Assembly: GCA_946186455.1 (NCBI GenBank)
Contig: CAMHNK010000002.1
Span: 186-64,185 of the forward strand
Length of the DNA stretch: 64,000 nt
Reading direction: 5' to 3'
DNA from: an uncultured Candidatus Saccharibacteria bacterium
Lineage (GTDB): Bacteria > Patescibacteriota > Saccharimonadia > Saccharimonadales > Saccharimonadaceae
How positions within the stretch are numbered: the stretch's first letter is position 1; every line of letters begins with the position of its first letter. The translations under genes and the position numbers were made by a program. Below, in pieces: positions 46,082 to 59,101 of the stretch. The notes below the pieces were generated by a model. The model saw only the letters and a list, made by a program, of their open reading frames with translations, was not told where the DNA came from and did no database searches.

Positions 46082-48100
46082 TTATTCGTAAACTGGCAAA
46101 TCTTCTGGGAATGGATCAAAGTTATCTCCACCAAAATCGTCACTAAAATCATCCGTAAAGCCATCACCATCTTCATCTTTAAATCCAGCCGAACCATACG
46201 GATTGTAACCAAGTTCCGTAAGAAATCTCGATGGCATATTATAGTTCCGGCTCCCAAACGAATAGCGAGATAGCGCATAAGTAAGGAATAATCTCTTCAT
46301 CGCCCTAGTCATGCCGACATACGCCAGACGTCTTTCCTCTTCCAGTCCTGCCTCGTCATCCATACATCTCGCACTTGGGAACAAACCCTCTTCCATCCCC
46401 ACAATGAATACTACCGGAAATTCCAAACCTTTCGCCGCGTGGAGCGTCATGAGCGTCACTGAATTCTTACCAGCACTTTCATCCGCTGACGACATCAAAC
46501 TTGCCTCCGCTAGGAAGTCTTCCAAGTTTTCAAACGATTCGGCATTGCCAGACAAGACTTCGAGGTTCTTCATTCTTTCATCGCTACTTGGCGTGCCATC
46601 GTCTGTTAACTTTTGGAAATCAAAGTAGTCCACAACTTTTTTGATAATTTCACTCGGATTCGTACCGACCGCCGTCTCACGAATAAATCGTACCAATCTC
46701 GTCAGTGCGTTCTTCGCTTTGGCGGTCGTCAAAACTTCTGGCAAATCTAAGCTTCGCATAGGATCGACGCTTTCCGGCATTGAATCCATCGCCACTAAAA
46801 TCTTCGCGAGTGATGCTTCGCCAATTCCGGACAATACATTTCCGACTACGCGTTCCAAACTCACTTTATCGCGACCATTCACGATTAGTCTTAAGATAGC
46901 AAGCACATCCTTCACCTCCTTACGGTCGTAGAATCTCACGCCACCCACAATCTTGTAAGGAATATGCAGATTCATGAACGCTTTTTCAAATGTATACGAC
47001 TGCGCATTGGTACGATATAACACTGCAAAACTCGAAAAATCCGGAAAGTCTTTCTGGAGTCTCAAAATCGACATCGCCACAAAACTGGCTTCGGATTCTT
47101 CATCACGAAGCGACTCGATATCTACCGGTTCGCCATTCCCCGCCTCTGTAAACAAAGTCTTTTCGGTCCGCGTTTTATTCTTATTAATCACTTTTTGCGA
47201 AGCCGTAAGAATGTTTCCAGTCGAACGATAGTTTTGCTCAAGTTTAATCACCTTCGCGCCCGGAAAATCTCTTTCAAAATGCAAAATATTCGTAAAATCC
47301 GCTCCGCGCCACGAATAAATCGACTGCCAATCGTCGCCCACCACTGCAATATTATTCTTTTCGTTCACGAGTAACTTCACTAAATGATACTGCACCATGT
47401 TCGTATCCTGGTACTCGTCAATCAAAATGTACTTAAACTTGTCTTGCCATTTTTTCCGGACTTCCGGATGTTTCGAGAATAATTCCAAAGTTTTAATAAG
47501 AAGGTCGTCAAAATCCAGCGCCTCAGCTTTATTCTTTTCTTCTTCATATTTCTTAAAAACCTTCGCGATGTCGCGTTGATTCGGATAGAGTGCCTTCGCT
47601 TCGTAGTCGCTCGGATCGTTCCCCATGTTTTTCTCAGTCGAAATAATTCCCTGAATCGACTTTGGTTTCAGCGCCTTATTATCATTTAAATTAAGATTCT
47701 TCATCACGCGACGAACCAGCGAAATTTGGTCATCCATATCATAAATCACAAAATTTTTGTCGAGCCCAGCCGCATCCGCTTCTTGGCGGAGAATCTTCAC
47801 GCAAATTCCGTGGAATGTCCCCATATACGGCATAAACGAGCGTGGCGCCTCAGCATCCTTTTCTACTCCCGGCGTCAGAATTCTAAACAAACGGTCACGC
47901 ATTTCTTTCGCGGCTTTATTCGTAAAAGTCACTGCGAGAATATTAGACGGCTTCACTCCGTGCGCAATCAAATTCGCAATACGATGCGTCAAAGTTTTCG
48001 TCTTACCCGAACCAGCACCCGCCAAAATCAGAAGCGGACCATCGAGCGTCTCCACAGCCTCTTTTTGCGCTGCATTTAAACCATCTAAAATCGGATTCAT
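46082..48100 (-). CDS. pcrA: UvrD/PcrA helicase
   Basis: AGAGSGKT, DEYQDTN, VGDD.QSIY.WRGA, LEQNYRS, T.HAAKGLEF, EERRL.YV.MTRA. Confidence 0.95.
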   Translation of the reverse strand: MNPILDGLNAAQKEAVETLDGPLLILAGAGSGKTKTLTHRIANLIAHGVKPSNILAVTFTNKAAKEMRDRLFRILTPGVEKDAEAPRSFMPYMGTFHGICVKILRQEADAAGLDKNFVIYDMDDQISLVRRVMKNLNLNDNKALKPKSIQGIISTEKNMGNDPSDYEAKALYPNQRDIAKVFKKYEEEKNKAEALDFDDLLIKTLELFSKHPEVRKKWQDKFKYILIDEYQDTNMVQYHLVKLLVNEKNNIAVVGDDWQSIYSWRGADFTNILHFERDFPGAKVIKLEQNYRSTGNILTASQKVINKNKTRTEKTLFTEAGNGEPVDIESLRDEESEASFVAMSILRLQKDFPDFSSFAVLYRTNAQSYTFEKAFMNLHIPYKIVGGVRFYDRKEVKDVLAILRLIVNGRDKVSLERVVGNVLSGIGEASLAKILVAMDSMPESVDPMRSLDLPEVLTTAKAKNALTRLVRFIRETAVGTNPSEIIKKVVDYFDFQKLTDDGTPSSDERMKNLEVLSGNAESFENLEDFLAEASLMSSADESAGKNSVTLMTLHAAKGLEFPVVFIVGMEEGLFPSARCMDDEAGLEEERRLAYVGMTRAMKRLFLTYALSRYSFGSRNYNMPSRFLTELGYNPYGSAGFKDEDGDGFTDDFSDDFGGDNFDPFPEDLPVYE

Positions 48101-48107
48101 TGTTTCA

Positions 48108-49658
48108 TTATATACCAGTTAACGGTACAATGTCAGCCCCTAAATGACGAAGTCTCACTGCAAAATCTTGGTAGCCACGATTAATCGGATAAACATTGCG
48201 AAGAATTGATGTGCCTGGTGCAGCGAGCATGCCAATTAGTACCACTACTGCTGGACGCAGTGCCTGCGGTGCCACGAGCTCAGCTGGACGCCAGTTAGTC
48301 GGGCCTTCAATATACACACGGTGCGCATCTAAAAGTTCCACCTTCGCATTCAAATTCGAAAGCTCTGTAATATAAACTGCGCGATTTTCAAACACCCAGT
48401 CGTGAATCAAAGTTCTGCCCTTCGCCATCGCGGCAATCACCGAGAAGAATGGCAAATTATCAATGTTAAGCCCCGGGAATGGCATCGGATGAATCTTATC
48501 CACTGGCGCCACGAGTTCAGATTTTTTAATCGTAAGATCAACTAACCTCGTTCTACCATTTGCAGATAAATACTCCGGCGATTTTTCAAACTTCGCATTC
48601 ATGTTTTTGAGAACTTCGAGCTCAACTTCAAGGAATTCAATCGGTGCGCGAATCAGTTTAATCTCCGAATGTGTCGCAAGCGCCACGGCGATAAAACTCA
48701 TTGCTTCAATCGGGTCTTCCGAAACGTTATATTCAACATCATCATTAATACGCGAACGACCACGCACTACTAAAGTAGTTGTACCGATACCAGAAATCTT
48801 CACACCAAGTTTTTCGAGGAAGAAACAGACATCCTGCACCATGTAGTTTGGTGAAGCACCCACAATCGTCGTCTTGCCTGGCGAAAGCGCCGCCGCCATC
48901 AACACATTCTCCGTCACCGTATCACCGCGCTCAGTTAATACAATGTAACGATCCGTGTATTTGTTAAGTGTTTCCTGATTCACTTCTACTTCGTAAAAAC
49001 CAGAGTTCTTTGTCGCATCAACCTTTAAACCAAATGATTTAAGCGCAAGTAGATGTGGTTCAATCGTACGCGTACCCAGCGAACAGCCGCCTGCATAAGG
49101 TAGTTGGAACTTTTGATAACGATGAAGAAGCGGGCCGAGGAACATAATAATCGAACGTGTCCTTCTAGCTGCTTCAATGTCTAATTCGTCCAGTTTTAAT
49201 TCGCGTGGTGATATAATCTCCAAGTCACGATGGCGATTTTGCCAATGGCATTTCACACCAATCGATTCCAAAACTTCGATAATTCTAAAGACCTCTTCAA
49301 TTCTCGCTACGCGGTGAAGCACCGTTTTACCGGAATTAAGAAGTGCCGCACAAAGCAGACCAACGGCAGCATTTTTCGATGTATTAATCGTAATTTCACC
49401 ACTTAATTCTTTGCCGCCACGAATGCGGAAACTCTGCGAAACTGAATCATTAATAGAGAGAATCTGATTTCCAAGTGCCTCCGAAAGCTTTTTCACCATT
49501 TCTAGTGAAATGTTCTGGCCCCCTTTTTCAATACGATGAATCGCGGACTGGCTCGAGCCTACGGCTTCAGCCAAATCACCCTGCGTCCAGCCTTTTTCTA
49601 GACGCATCTGTTCAATCGTTTCCCCGATCACCTGCTGATAAGTCTTTGCCTTTTTCAT
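48108..49658 (-). CDS. murA: XRE-HTH fused UDP-GlcNAc 1-carboxyvinyltransferase
   Basis: N-terminal R...G.TQ..LAE.VG.SQS.I.RIE.G HTH; SKNA, GGC.LG.R, D.IEA, PFPG...D, FENR, RGY. Confidence 0.92.
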   Translation of the reverse strand: MKKAKTYQQVIGETIEQMRLEKGWTQGDLAEAVGSSQSAIHRIEKGGQNISLEMVKKLSEALGNQILSINDSVSQSFRIRGGKELSGEITINTSKNAAVGLLCAALLNSGKTVLHRVARIEEVFRIIEVLESIGVKCHWQNRHRDLEIISPRELKLDELDIEAARRTRSIIMFLGPLLHRYQKFQLPYAGGCSLGTRTIEPHLLALKSFGLKVDATKNSGFYEVEVNQETLNKYTDRYIVLTERGDTVTENVLMAAALSPGKTTIVGASPNYMVQDVCFFLEKLGVKISGIGTTTLVVRGRSRINDDVEYNVSEDPIEAMSFIAVALATHSEIKLIRAPIEFLEVELEVLKNMNAKFEKSPEYLSANGRTRLVDLTIKKSELVAPVDKIHPMPFPGLNIDNLPFFSVIAAMAKGRTLIHDWVFENRAVYITELSNLNAKVELLDAHRVYIEGPTNWRPAELVAPQALRPAVVVLIGMLAAPGTSILRNVYPINRGYQDFAVRLRHLGADIVPLTGI

Positions 49659-49692
49659 AGCAAAATTATATCACAAAATGAATATTTGTTAA

Positions 49693-50751
49693 CTATTTTG
49701 CTTCAAGTACGGCAATACCCGGAAGTTCTTTGCCCAGCAAGAATTCCAGCGCCGCACCACCGCCAGTCGAAATCAATGAATATTGAAGGTTCGGATGCTC
49801 TTTTACAAGGTTTTCGACGAATCCAGTTGTATCACCACCACAAACTACCGTTTCGGCGCCGAGCTTTTCACCCATCATTTCTGCCACAATCGTGGAAGCC
49901 GTCGAATAAGCTGGGTCTTCTGCCTTGCCCATTAATCCATTCCAGATGATTGTCTTTGCATCGGCAATGTAGCCAGCGATTTTACCCGTCGACAATGGAC
50001 CCACATCGAGCCTATTTCCCTCGCCATCTTCATCAAAATCATCAGCAACGAAAATCTTACCAGAACCCTTGTAGCCATCGGCAGCAATCTTGCCACCTAC
50101 CACAATTTGATCCGCTAATTTCTCAAACTTTTCGATTAGCGGCTGCTTGTCGTCCACTTTTGCACCACCAATAATAAGAAGTAGCGGGCGATCTGGCTTC
50201 TCGGTCACTTTGCTTAAGTTCACAATTTCCTTTTCCAGCAGCAACCCAGCATAAACCGGTAGATGATTTGCTACGGCATTTGTCGAAGCATGCGCACGGT
50301 GCACTACAGCAAAACCATCTTGTACGAAAACTTCAGCACCCGTTGCATCAATAATCTCGCGAATAAAATCATCCGAATTCTTCTCTTCGCCTGGATAAAA
50401 ACGGAGATTCTCAAGCAGCAGGATTCCACCTTTACCGACTCTTTCTACTGCTTCCTCTACGTCTGGTCCAGATACATCATCCACAAACGAAACATCCGAA
50501 ATCAGTTTTCCAAGTTGCGTCGCCACTGGTTTAAGTGACAAACTCTTGTCTCTACCTTCCGGACGACCAAGGTGCGAAATCAGAATGATTTTCTTGGCTC
50601 CACCATCACGTAAGAATTGCAATGTCGGTAGGCTCGCTCGAATTCTTAAATCATCGGTAATTTTACCATTCTTCATCGGCACGTTATAGTCCACACGGAC
50701 TAGCACAACTTGCCCTTTAAAGCTAATGTCCTTAATGGTTTTATAATTCAT
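49693..50751 (-). CDS. pgk: phosphoglycerate kinase (shortened)
   Basis: VRVDYNVP, SHLGRP, LENLRF, HRAHAS, GGAKV.DK, GGDT, STGGGA; start reassigned to 50751 (GAGG SD). Confidence 0.96.
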   Translation of the reverse strand: MNYKTIKDISFKGQVVLVRVDYNVPMKNGKITDDLRIRASLPTLQFLRDGGAKKIILISHLGRPEGRDKSLSLKPVATQLGKLISDVSFVDDVSGPDVEEAVERVGKGGILLLENLRFYPGEEKNSDDFIREIIDATGAEVFVQDGFAVVHRAHASTNAVANHLPVYAGLLLEKEIVNLSKVTEKPDRPLLLIIGGAKVDDKQPLIEKFEKLADQIVVGGKIAADGYKGSGKIFVADDFDEDGEGNRLDVGPLSTGKIAGYIADAKTIIWNGLMGKAEDPAYSTASTIVAEMMGEKLGAETVVCGGDTTGFVENLVKEHPNLQYSLISTGGGAALEFLLGKELPGIAVLEAK

Positions 50752-50771
50752 ATTCCTCTTTCTGCCCACTT

Positions 50772-52205
50772 TTAAACGTTACGCACTCTAATAGTATCGG
50801 AGCCAAATTGGTTTTTGTCACCAGACACGATAACTGCAAGAAGATCTTTTTCGCCTTCTTTGGTTTTGAGATATTCGGATTCTTTTAGCTCTTCGGCCAG
50901 TTTGTAACCAAATTCATCGGCATAAGGACGTACAAAGGCTGAGTTTGCATAAATGAGTGCTAGCTGATTCGCCACACGTTGATTCGAAGTTACCGACACA
51001 ATCGGAAGATTCGGGCGCTGCGCCGCCATCGCAAAGGCGGTTGCACCAGAAGCCGTCTGACAAATAATTACATCGGCATCAATTCTTTCCGCTAATCTTG
51101 CCGCAGCATCCGAAATCGCATCATAAACCGCTTTTTCACCTTCTGGCTCTCTTGAAATCGAAGCGATCCGTGAGTGATTTTGCGTATAAAGAATTACTTT
51201 CTTCATCTCGGCTACAGTTTCTACTGGATAGTTACCATTGGCTGTCTCGTCCGAAAGCATCACCACATCAGCACCTTGAACCACTGCCGTTGCGACATCC
51301 GAGACTTCTGCACGAGTTGGTTCCGGCGAATCCACCATCGATGAAAGCATTTGTGTTGCCACAATACAGAGTTTCGAGTGCGCACGACACATTGCAATGA
51401 GTTTCCGTTGCACGATTGGCACGACTTCGGCACCGGCCTCTACGGCCATGTCACCACGTGCCACCATAATGCCATCCGAAGCTTTCACAATTTCTTCGAG
51501 ATGCTCGTCAGATTGAATAGCCTTCTTGGTTTCAATCTTGGCAATCACCTTTGCGGTAGAACCAAGCGATAATAGCATTTGCTTTAATCTCTCAATATCC
51601 GCCGCACTTTGCACGAACGAAAGCGACACATAGTCATAGTCACAATTTGCACCGTATTCAATATCAGCAATATCCTTTGGCGTTAAAATGTCGCCACCAA
51701 AATCGGTATCTGGAAGATTTAGCCCCTTCTTTGACATGATAAATCCGTCATTCTGGATTTCCACGCGAATTGCAGTATCCGAAACAATCTCCGTAATCAC
51801 GCTCTTAATCTTACCGTCAAACATCGAAAGCGGTTCCCCAACTTTCACTTTCTCAGCCAAGTTATATTGCACCGGCACAGTCATACCACCATCGTGCTCA
51901 AAACCTTCCTTCGCCTCAAGTACTAGTTCATCACCTTTTTTTAGATCTAGATGATTGTCTTTGATTTCGCCAAGACGGATTTTTGGACCTTGTAAATCTT
52001 GCAAAATCGCAACCGAACGACCTTTCTTCTCGGCCGCCATGCGAATCCATTTAATCTGTTGATCGCGTTCTTCGTTCGAGCCGTGAGAACAGTTGAGCCT
52101 ACAGCCGTTAACACCGGCCATAATCACTTCTTCAATCTTTTCCTTAGAATTTGTTGATGGCCCAATCGTCGCCAAAATCTTGGTTCGTTTAAAAAGCTTA
52201 CTCAT
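50772..52205 (-). CDS. pyk: pyruvate kinase
   Basis: RTKI.ATIGP, RLN.SHG, DLQGPKIR, AKIE, MVARGD, ATQML.SM...P.PTRAE; start reassigned to 52205. Confidence 0.97.
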   Translation of the reverse strand: MSKLFKRTKILATIGPSTNSKEKIEEVIMAGVNGCRLNCSHGSNEERDQQIKWIRMAAEKKGRSVAILQDLQGPKIRLGEIKDNHLDLKKGDELVLEAKEGFEHDGGMTVPVQYNLAEKVKVGEPLSMFDGKIKSVITEIVSDTAIRVEIQNDGFIMSKKGLNLPDTDFGGDILTPKDIADIEYGANCDYDYVSLSFVQSAADIERLKQMLLSLGSTAKVIAKIETKKAIQSDEHLEEIVKASDGIMVARGDMAVEAGAEVVPIVQRKLIAMCRAHSKLCIVATQMLSSMVDSPEPTRAEVSDVATAVVQGADVVMLSDETANGNYPVETVAEMKKVILYTQNHSRIASISREPEGEKAVYDAISDAAARLAERIDADVIICQTASGATAFAMAAQRPNLPIVSVTSNQRVANQLALIYANSAFVRPYADEFGYKLAEELKESEYLKTKEGEKDLLAVIVSGDKNQFGSDTIRVRNV

Positions 52206-52251
52206 ATATTTATATATTACCATATTAAAGTTTTTATGGTAATATGAAACT

Positions 52252-52749
52252 ATGAAGACTGCAAAAAAGAAAAACGCCAGTTCTACTTTGCATACATCCC
52301 GCACTCGCATTGAATCTTCCAGAATCGCTCACGACAAAAAAATTGAACGTATCAAAGCCGATACTGCTCAAACCGCCATTATCGGCGTGATTTTAGGCGC
52401 CATGCTTGTCGTGGTCGTAGGTGTTCTCGCCATCCAATTTGCTAAACCAGAGCGCCAAGTCGCCGACAAAGTCAGCGCACTTGCTTCTAACTACTATGAG
52501 AATTCACTCTACAAATCCGTCACCGACGAAGGCGCCAATAAAGATGTTTTGAAAAAATACACCGAAACCGGTTTCGCACTAGTCACCCTTCGCCAACTCC
52601 TTCTCTTCAAGAGTTATACTGATACCAAAGAATCTAAATACTTAAATAAGTATTGCAGCGACGAAGCCACTCGGGTGACCTATTATCCAAAAGAACCATA
52701 CGGCGTCAAAGACTATACGGTTGAATATCAATACTCCTGCTCATTCTAG
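52252..52749 (+). CDS. single-pass membrane hypothetical protein
   Basis: 165 aa; TM, two Cys, YYP..PYG..DY. Confidence 0.75.
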   Translation: MKTAKKKNASSTLHTSRTRIESSRIAHDKKIERIKADTAQTAIIGVILGAMLVVVVGVLAIQFAKPERQVADKVSALASNYYENSLYKSVTDEGANKDVLKKYTETGFALVTLRQLLLFKSYTDTKESKYLNKYCSDEATRVTYYPKEPYGVKDYTVEYQYSCSF

Positions 52750-52796
52750 GCGCTAACCCTTGCGAAGAATTCGATTTTTTGATATAATAATTCTGC

Positions 52797-52871
52797 GGTC
52801 TCGTAGTATAGCGGTTAGTACATCGGGTTTTCATCCCGACAATGCGGGTTCGACTCCCGCCGAGATCACCA
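52797..52871 (+). tRNA. tRNA-Glu(TTC)
   Basis: Acceptor GGTCTCG/CGAGATC; anticodon arm TCGGG-ttTTCat-CCCGA; TTCGA; CCA. Confidence 0.95.
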
Positions 52872-52916
52872 CTAAGAATAAAAAGAAGTCCCAAAGGGAC
52901 TTATTTTTATTCTTAG
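52872..52916 (+). terminator. long hairpin terminator after tRNA-Glu
   Basis: CTAAGAATAAAAA.AAGTCCC-aaa-GGGACTT.TTTTTATTCTTAG. Confidence 0.7.
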
Positions 52917-52921
52917 ATAAT

Positions 52922-53013
52922 GTCGGGGAGAGGCGAATCCGCAGGGTTCGCTCGCCGAAGGCGAATAGCGAGCGCAGCGAGCTAACTCCCGCCGAAGCGT
53001 GCACCGATCACCA
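52922..53013 (+). repeat. REP-like cruciform of three GNA-triloop hairpins interleaved with a degenerate tRNA-Glu 3' end
   Basis: CGAATCC-gca-GGGTTCG, TCGCC-gaa-GGCGA, TAGC-GA-GC-gca-GC-GA-GCTA; GGGTTCG..ACTCCCGCCGA..GATCACCA. Confidence 0.55.
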
Positions 53014-53072
53014 AAATATGTTATAATATATCCCAAGCTATCAGAGCTAATCTGTACATTAGGAGGGTTAAT

Positions 53073-53726
53073 ATGAACACATACGTTTGTCCAAAAGTAC
53101 GCGCTTACATTGAAAACGAGATTTTACCTCGTTACGACGCACTTCCCGGCCACACCGGAAGCCACATCAATAACGTCATTGAGCGTAGTCTCAAGATCGT
53201 TTCGATACTCGAGAACACCGATACCAAAGTCGACGTAAATATGGTCTACGTTATCGCCGCTTATCACGACCTCGGCCGTGAAATCGCCAACAAGACACAC
53301 CACGAATGGTCCGCTTATTTGCTTCGTCGCGATGAAAAGTTAAGGAAACTCTTCCCGCCGGAAGAAATCGAAATCATGGCGGAAGCCGTGGAAGATCACC
53401 GCGCTTCATCGGAGCGCCCGGAGCCTCGTAGTATTTACGGCAAAATCGTTTCTTCTGCCGACCGTTCGTATAGTGTCAACGAAATCCTGGCTCGCGCCTA
53501 CGATTACAACAAGACACTTCATCCAGACTACACGGAAGACGAGCTCATCGAAGCGGTTCGCAGGATTCTTCGTCGCAAGTACTCGCCGGACGGCTACGCC
53601 GCAACCAAAATCTATTTCTTGAAAGAAGAATACTACGAGTTCTTAAAAGAAGTTGATCGCCTCACCCGCGATCCCGAGCAGTTCAAAAAGACCCAGCAAG
53701 AGTTCAATAAAAAACGAGGACTCTAA
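53073..53726 (+). CDS. HD-domain phosphohydrolase
   Basis: H...HI..V..RS, AAYHDLG, HH, EDHRAS, PRSIYGKIVS.ADR; GGAGG SD. Confidence 0.9.
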   Translation: MNTYVCPKVRAYIENEILPRYDALPGHTGSHINNVIERSLKIVSILENTDTKVDVNMVYVIAAYHDLGREIANKTHHEWSAYLLRRDEKLRKLFPPEEIEIMAEAVEDHRASSERPEPRSIYGKIVSSADRSYSVNEILARAYDYNKTLHPDYTEDELIEAVRRILRRKYSPDGYAATKIYFLKEEYYEFLKEVDRLTRDPEQFKKTQQEFNKKRGL

Positions 53727-53729
53727 AAC

Positions 53730-53759
53730 AAAAAACTCCCGCTAGGCGGGAGTATTTTT

Positions 53760-53761
<2 letters not shown>
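53730..53761. terminator. bidirectional terminator
   Basis: A-tract ACTCCCGC-tag-GCGGGAGT T-tract. Confidence 0.75.
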
Positions 53762-56872
<3,111 letters not shown>

Positions 56873-56892
<20 letters not shown>

Positions 56893-57751
56893 GTTCCAGC
56901 CTCTCAATCCTCTTCTCAATTGGTGGGTGCGTACTAAACAAACTACTTAAGAACCCTTTTCTTAAAGGATCATTGATATACATCGAGGCGGCTGCCGTAT
57001 TCTGGCTCTTCAAAGGTTGCGAATGTGCTTGAAGCTTCTTTAATGCATTAATCATCCCATCCGGATAGCGCGTGATGTTTACTGCCGATGCATCCGCAAG
57101 ATATTCACGCTCACGCGAAACTGCCATTTGAATAATTGACGCTAAGATAGGCGACAAGATCCCAGCGATAAGAAGCATCACTAGACCCACCGGGCTACCT
57201 TCATTATCACGACGACGGCTACCATAAAACACCATCCTTGTGCCAATATCTGCAATCAAACCAACCACACAACAAAGCCCAAATACAATGAGTGACACCC
57301 GAATATCATAATTCTTTACGTGCGACATCTCATGCGCCATCACGGCTTCAAGTTCCTTGTTATCCATAATATCAATTAGCCCAGTTGTCGCCGCGACCAT
57401 CGCATGCTTCGGATCACGTCCCGTTGCAAACGCATTCGGCGCCGGATCATCAATGAGATAAACCTTCGGCATCGGAAGACCCGTCGTAATACTTAAATTC
57501 TCTACCGTATTATATAGTTTCGGGCAATCTTTTTTCGTAATCTCATTTGCACCCGTAAGCATCATCGTCGTCGCGCCAGAAATAAAGTATTGAATCACTG
57601 CATATATTACCGCAACAATTGCTACCCATAGCACAATCCACCAATCTCCAAGATAAGCGGCCAGTGCTACGCCCAGCAATGAAATGAGCACGACAAAACC
57701 AAGCATAATATAAATGGTTCGTCTTTTATTCTGTGCGATTTGCTTATACAT
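56873..57751 (-). CDS. htpX: M48 zinc metalloprotease HtpX
   Basis: PNAFATG, AHEMSH, SR.REY.AD, THPP...RI.RL; downstream of lemA. Confidence 0.93.
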
Positions 57752-57801
57752 TTTTCGTGATAGTACTACGCCCCGCTCCTCGCGAGGCGTAGCAAATTAT
57801 A

Positions 57802-58380
57802 TTAGAATTTTACATCTGGAGCTTTTTCGATTTTGGCTTGCTCAGCTTCGGAAACTTCGAAGTAATCACGCTTCTTGAAGTGACCAAACATGTTGTTTAC
57901 CACGTTGGCTGGGAAAGTCTTAATCTTAGTGTTGAGCTCTTTTGCGCCGGCATTGTAAAAACGGCGAGCAGCTTGAATTTTGTCTTCACAATCTTGAAGT
58001 TGACCTTGAAGAGTTTGGAAATTCGTATTTGCTTTGAGCTCTGGATAAGCCTCGGCGATTGCAAAGATACGACCAAGTGCATTTTGCATTTGGTTCTCTG
58101 CTTCAGCCGCCTGCTTAACGGTCTTTGCACCCATGGCAGCCGTACGAGCTTCCGTCACCATCTTGAAGGTTTCGTTCTCGTGCTTGGCATAGCCCTTAAC
58201 AGTCTCAACCACATTTGGGATGAGATCTGCACGATACTTGAGCTGAACAGTAATGTCAGACCAAGCTTCGTTTACGCGCTCATTGAGCCCGACTAAACTG
58301 TTGTAGATCGCAATAATCGTACCAATGACGATTAATAGAATCGCGCCGACAACTATTAATGCTATTAATCCTGGATTCAT
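57802..58380 (-). CDS. lemA: LemA family protein
   Basis: YN.LV, AWS.I.VQL..R.DLIPN.VETVKGYA.HE, EAYPELKA, ARRFYN, FP; ATG 58380 fits AGGAG spacing. Confidence 0.95.
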   Translation of the reverse strand: MNPGLIALIVVGAILLIVIGTIIAIYNSLVGLNERVNEAWSDITVQLKYRADLIPNVVETVKGYAKHENETFKMVTEARTAAMGAKTVKQAAEAENQMQNALGRIFAIAEAYPELKANTNFQTLQGQLQDCEDKIQAARRFYNAGAKELNTKIKTFPANVVNNMFGHFKKRDYFEVSEAEQAKIEKAPDVKF

Positions 58381-58432
58381 TTCCACTCCTTATATTATAT
58401 ATATAATCATTATAGCACAAAAACTGCTAAAA

Positions 58433-59077
58433 CTAAATCTCGGGCGCTGCTTCGTTTGCCGGATGCACCATCGTATATTTCACTTTTCCAGTGTAACTAC
58501 CAGATGGTTGGGTACCAGAAATATTTACCGCATAACTCGATATTACCGCCGCTCCGGATTCCGGAGTTGTGCGCGCTGTGTAAGTAATTACTTTCGTATA
58601 GTTTGCCGGAATCACTTTATAATTTTGGTAGCCACTTTCAATCCCAAGATTTGACGGCACATACGAGTCCATATCCTTCACGAGTCTCATCGACCAGTTC
58701 GAAGTTGTTTCATCGACACCCGTACCAGTCGCAATTGTATAACCATTTGCATTCACCATATTGGTATTCCCATAAGTATCACCAGAAAAACCAATCGCAT
58801 AAATCACAAATCCGGAAGCATCATTACAGATTGCCGTGAGTTTAGTTTTACCAAGATCTTCTTGATAAGAATTCACGCTTAGAGCATAAAGATGTGTCGT
58901 TATAGAAGCCGTCGACATCGTACAAGCTGCCGTCACACTAACCGTTGCGGTTTTTGATTCTGCTCTCACGAATTCCAAATTAATCATGGAAAAAGCCGAA
59001 AACAGTATCAATAATGATGGGGCAATCATAAAATAGAAGTCACTTTTTCCCGTCTTTATTTTTGTCTGACTTTTCAT
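58433..59077 (-). CDS. secreted beta-rich protein (stand-alone Saccharibacteria-type surface domain)
   Basis: Signal peptide; ACTM..CND..G..IYAIG, C-terminal Q.SG.Y.GKVKYTMVHP. Confidence 0.7.
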   Translation of the reverse strand: MKSQTKIKTGKSDFYFMIAPSLLILFSAFSMINLEFVRAESKTATVSVTAACTMSTASITTHLYALSVNSYQEDLGKTKLTAICNDASGFVIYAIGFSGDTYGNTNMVNANGYTIATGTGVDETTSNWSMRLVKDMDSYVPSNLGIESGYQNYKVIPANYTKVITYTARTTPESGAAVISSYAVNISGTQPSGSYTGKVKYTMVHPANEAAPEI

Positions 59078-59101
59078 ACTTATGATTATACCATGCTAAG
59101 A

